Virus record (IMG/VR): IMGVR_UViG_3300020182_002648
Span: 32,001-96,000 of that record
Source: a virus
Direction: 5' to 3' (one strand)
DNA: 64,000 nt
A program made the translations under genes and the position numbers. The notes under the pieces were generated by a model that did no database searches, was not told the origin of the DNA, and was given only the letters and a program-made list of their open reading frames with translations. Every line of letters begins with the position of its first letter. The first letter of the stretch is position 1. Shown here one piece after another: positions 60,592-64,000 of the stretch.

Positions 60592-61149
60592 TTATCGATA
60601 CTTGCTCATGTCGATACCCTGAGCGAGGGCTTTTGCTCGTGCAAAACCAGTCAACTTGTCCGGATCTGGTGCTACTCTGTCTGGTTCATCCTGGTGTTCC
60701 TCTGGATCTCCTTCGACTTCAGCCTTTTTGACCAGGTCCCCTACTTTAGCCTTGGCTTGTTTCTCGATGTTGCGGTATCTTTCTGCACTCATTGGTGGTT
60801 TGCCTGTGGTGAATGCACCAATTGCTTCAAAATATCGTTTGATATCATCTAAATTGTACTCATCTCCTGCCATTCTGCTCTCTAGTTGTGCTAGTTCTCT
60901 AATTGACAGGTCGGCTAGTTCTTTTTTGCTCATTGGTCTTCCAGCTTCATCAGCATCGTCCCATTGAACCAGCACTCGTTCAGCAGCTTGTTCCATTGCT
61001 TGGAGTTTTCTGTTCTTGGTGTCTCTGAATTCAGATTGTTCACCCTCCGGAAGGATGTTAACTTGACGCTTGATACCGGTCATTTTCTCATACGGGCTGC
61101 TGAAGTATGCTTCTTTTAAGATCTTGTCTACTGATTCATCGAAATTCAT
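60592..61149 (-). CDS. Late protein, candidate internal virion protein
   Basis: TAAATA 61155-61160; N-terminus MNFDESVDKILKE. Confidence 0.55.
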   Translation of the reverse strand: MNFDESVDKILKEAYFSSPYEKMTGIKRQVNILPEGEQSEFRDTKNRKLQAMEQAAERVLVQWDDADEAGRPMSKKELADLSIRELAQLESRMAGDEYNLDDIKRYFEAIGAFTTGKPPMSAERYRNIEKQAKAKVGDLVKKAEVEGDPEEHQDEPDRVAPDPDKLTGFARAKALAQGIDMSKYR

Positions 61150-61163
61150 ATAGTTATTTATTA

Positions 61164-61868
61164 TCAGAACGCTGTATGCCTAGGTTTTTCTTCAGTATAA
61201 TTACCGTACGGGTGAAGCAACCGGTTCATTTTGAACTTATCCCTGGGGTAGTAATTCCACTTATCGTCCAATATGAACCAATGATCACGTAATATTATGT
61301 TCAGAAAAGGTTCATCCTTTTTATAGTGCTCATGGTGACTGTATTGCCTTATCAACCTCATGTAATCATCAGTTGTGTTGATATCGAGCCACGTATTAAT
61401 ATCAAAAACCATCATACCAGCATTAAAAAACTTCCTGGACTCATCCCCATTAGCGTATAACTCTGTTAGATTGTAGTATTTCAATGATTCATGTACGGTT
61501 TTTAGTATATAATGAGGCACAGCTCCTATAGGTTGTTGGTTAAGATCATGTCTCCATAGATCATATATACATCCAGTAGCAAACACATCACTATCTAGAA
61601 AGATCGCCCGGGTGATTGATTCATCTAACTTGCGGAGTATCTCTGGGATATACACCCGCTGGTGCATCAATGGTAGTTTGCTGATTTCATCTGATGGTTT
61701 AACGTACGTTATGTTATCATGAGAGATCATATCATCACTGGTTATTATATAGTAGTTGATATCACTCTTATCTTTCCTGTAGAACATGTTGATATAGTTG
61801 ATTGATTTTAATGTGAGCTTATGGTATGTTGAACCGCTCACTAGATAGCAGATATTAACACTCATCAT
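61164..61868 (-). CDS. GT8 glycosyltransferase
   Basis: FLDSD, FNAG, DEPFLN, L..KWN. Confidence 0.85.
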   Translation of the reverse strand: MMSVNICYLVSGSTYHKLTLKSINYINMFYRKDKSDINYYIITSDDMISHDNITYVKPSDEISKLPLMHQRVYIPEILRKLDESITRAIFLDSDVFATGCIYDLWRHDLNQQPIGAVPHYILKTVHESLKYYNLTELYANGDESRKFFNAGMMVFDINTWLDINTTDDYMRLIRQYSHHEHYKKDEPFLNIILRDHWFILDDKWNYYPRDKFKMNRLLHPYGNYTEEKPRHTAF

Positions 61869-62572
61869 ATCTTCAACTTAAATCTATAAGTATCGTCTTC
61901 AATCCATGAGCCTATATTCCAATGCATGCCAGCACCAGTGAGGGGTATGTTCATGTTTGATTCTTGTATTTTATATCTCTCTGTTTTTGAGAGAGACTCA
62001 AAACTTTGATAGTCATGAGTAGTAGTGTTACAAATTGAACTGAACTTGTTATGACATACAGTCATATACCCACCGGCGGTGGTCATCATCACTTGATGAT
62101 GTTTATCTGCCTCAGAGTCTCTACTATCAAGAGCGAATTGCAATCCTCTTATACAATAATTCATGAACTTGCTTCCTGGTACTGAGTAGAATATACTGTT
62201 AGTCAATAATGGTTTATCATGAGGCCATCCTCCTAGACCATGCCCCGGGTGCTCTTCAAACAACACAACCTCGTCAGTAAGTAGGTGGCTAACATCTTTA
62301 AAACATTCGATGTCTAAGTCACAATACAATCCACCATACTCATATAATATTAAGTATCTGCTCATGTCACTCCTAGATATATTACACTCATAACGCAAGT
62401 ACAACCCCATCAACTCCGGAAACTTCTCTTCTATCAATTTCTCTATAGATTCATCAGTCCAGAACACGTGGTTCCAATCACGGTGGTGCTCAATCCATGT
62501 TGCTCTCCAATCAGCAAGCTTTGGTGGTATGTTATCATCTGACCACATCTGATGAATTGTCTTACAGGTCAT
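61865..62572 (-). CDS. GT32 (OCH1-like DxD) glycosyltransferase
   Basis: KTIHQ.W, RSDMSRY.ILY.YGGLYCDLD. Confidence 0.85.
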   Translation of the reverse strand: MTCKTIHQMWSDDNIPPKLADWRATWIEHHRDWNHVFWTDESIEKLIEEKFPELMGLYLRYECNISRSDMSRYLILYEYGGLYCDLDIECFKDVSHLLTDEVVLFEEHPGHGLGGWPHDKPLLTNSIFYSVPGSKFMNYCIRGLQFALDSRDSEADKHHQVMMTTAGGYMTVCHNKFSSICNTTTHDYQSFESLSKTERYKIQESNMNIPLTGAGMHWNIGSWIEDDTYRFKLKI

Positions 62573-63083
62573 AAATATCCACCCGGTCCTTTCCATAGAA
62601 TTTATTGAAACCATGCTTCTCTAAAATACATTGATACACTGGATTGTCATCATTATACGGAAAGCAGAAACTGGTCGGTATCAGGTTGTGATCTCTAAAA
62701 CGTCTCATCATTAATTTTGTATCATTTACAGTATTAAACCCGGCATGCTTGATATGCATGTGACTGTGACCACCTATATAACACCTCGGAGTACTGGCTA
62801 TCTCTTGTATTTGTCTCCAGTTCATGTAGTGTGATAGGTCACCGGTTTCGAACAGCTTGTCATGTGCTTTGTGGCATTGTATAAATTCATCTGATTGTGA
62901 TTGATCATCCGGAGCTACTATACCTGTACTGATGAAGAATATTTTATCGGTATCAATGCTATTAATCTTATCAAGATGTAAGTACTGTGTATATAGCCCA
63001 TCATCGAACGTCAATATATACTCATCTAGAGGAAGATCAAACATCCACTCCGCGACTTCATGTATCATCAATACAGGTTTCAT
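62562..63083 (-). CDS. Polysaccharide deacetylase (NodB-like)
   Basis: LTFDDG, GGHS..H, FCFPY. Confidence 0.85.
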   Translation of the reverse strand: MKPVLMIHEVAEWMFDLPLDEYILTFDDGLYTQYLHLDKINSIDTDKIFFISTGIVAPDDQSQSDEFIQCHKAHDKLFETGDLSHYMNWRQIQEIASTPRCYIGGHSHMHIKHAGFNTVNDTKLMMRRFRDHNLIPTSFCFPYNDDNPVYQCILEKHGFNKFYGKDRVDIYDL

Positions 63084-63727
63084 CTCTTGAACACTAACTT
63101 AAATCCCTCAGCGAGTTCGTACCCACACAAGCTTCCATGATACTGATCTCGAGCGGTTATCATCCGCAAGCTTACTGGATCAGGTGAGGGTCTGAGTTCC
63201 GTTGTATATCTGCTTATCATCTTCATCTTGATGTTAGCATGCTGAGTTATATCCTCATATACATTGAGCTGTTTAGGCTCATGTCCCCATTCAGTGCTGC
63301 CAGGTATCGTGAACTCATATAATTCATTGACAGGACTAGACTCTCTCATCCGACAAGCGACTCGCGTTGCACTAGATATTATCTGATGATCCTTATGCAC
63401 GTCACCATTGTAGTGTGTGTACACAACCGTCGGTTTAATTGACTGTATGTATTGATACATGATATTACACAACTCTGTTTGAGGTGTTTGATCTAGCCTG
63501 GTGTCTGAATATCCATGAAATGATGTATCTATGATACCAACATCCTTGCAGTTAGCAAGGCATGCCTTCTTCCGAGGAGATCCAACCTTCTCATGACCCG
63601 GTCTATCCCCCTTGCAGAACACCATCAAGTGTACATCATTTTGCTCACATAACTTTGCAGTAGTACCGCCCATGCCTAACTCAAAATCATCTAAATGTGC
63701 TGTCAGTAACAGTATTTTCTTTTTCAT
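63080..63727 (-). CDS. PIG-L/LmbE N-deacetylase
   Basis: AHLDD.ELG.GGT, YTH...D.H.DH. Confidence 0.9.
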   Translation of the reverse strand: MKKKILLLTAHLDDFELGMGGTTAKLCEQNDVHLMVFCKGDRPGHEKVGSPRKKACLANCKDVGIIDTSFHGYSDTRLDQTPQTELCNIMYQYIQSIKPTVVYTHYNGDVHKDHQIISSATRVACRMRESSPVNELYEFTIPGSTEWGHEPKQLNVYEDITQHANIKMKMISRYTTELRPSPDPVSLRMITARDQYHGSLCGYELAEGFKLVFKR

Positions 63728-64000
63728 ATCATGCTCTTGATTATTGAGCGAACATCATGGATTGGTGTGAAGTATTGATTGATCTTATCAGTGTTCGGTT
63801 TGCGTTTGTATATTTCACCGAACTGATCACTGAAGTCATCTGCATGCGGTCTGTATATAATTTTACTCTTGCTGCCTATGACATCTATCACAGTTTCTGC
63901 TAGTTGTGATATGGTTAGTACATTACTTGTGTTACCAATATTGTATATTTCCCCTGCATGCTGATCCATTGACACAATGTCAAGCATACTAACAGCATCT
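63724..64000 (-). CDS. NAD-dependent epimerase/dehydratase, C-terminal part (runs off window)
   Basis: GEIYNIGN, TISQLAE, R.P.TDK. Confidence 0.75.
   Translation of the reverse strand, partial: DAVSMLDIVSMDQHAGEIYNIGNTSNVLTISQLAETVIDVIGSKSKIIYRPHADDFSDQFGEIYKRKPNTDKINQYFTPIHDVRSIIKSMI

Noticed and set aside
1-64000. Stop-codon reassignment
   Set aside because: Conserved genes are full length in the standard code and end in TAA, TAG and TGA
1-64000. tRNA genes, introns/inteins, integrase or IS elements
   Set aside because: No cloverleaf with a T-loop, no interrupted conserved genes and no recombinase or transposase motifs seen by eye

Overview
64-kb segment of a large AT-rich T4-like (gp13/gp4/gp21/gp22/gp23) myovirus genome, most likely environmental/aquatic; standard genetic code; no tRNA, CRISPR array or integrase seen. 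Layout: (1) 1-12.8 kb, + strand glycan cassette (glycosyltransferases incl. a GT10 fucosyltransferase, two sulfotransferases, Ugd, Glf, Fcl, PMI-cupin, Gmd); (2) 12.9-21.9 kb fibre-like protein, neck, head completion, prohead protease, scaffold and major capsid protein; (3) 22.0-25.8 kb, - strand 7-deazaguanine DNA-modification cluster (TGT/DpdA-like, PurN-like formyltransferase, dATP/dGTP diphosphohydrolase, P-loop kinase, QueF); (4) ClpC-like ATPase and late membrane genes; (5) 30.7-61 kb, - strand accessory region of roughly 90 mostly small genes, many built as promoter+ORF cassettes with sigma70-type promoters (AGTTGC..N17..TATAAT), either leaderless or carrying a shared UAACAAC...UAUUAUG leader, with TAA(A/G)TA late-promoter genes interspersed; (6) 61-64 kb second glycan cluster. 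The most novel-looking signal is an RNA-level regulatory circuit. Two 3'-UTR terminator hairpins (30746-30800, 37468-37525) have different stems but an identical loop, and the loop and upstream seed are antisense to the shared early-gene leader and start codon. A separately promoted, ~570-nt highly structured non-coding RNA (50212-50786) displays the same UAACAA leader motif in two loops. All product calls come from recognised motifs, not database searches.
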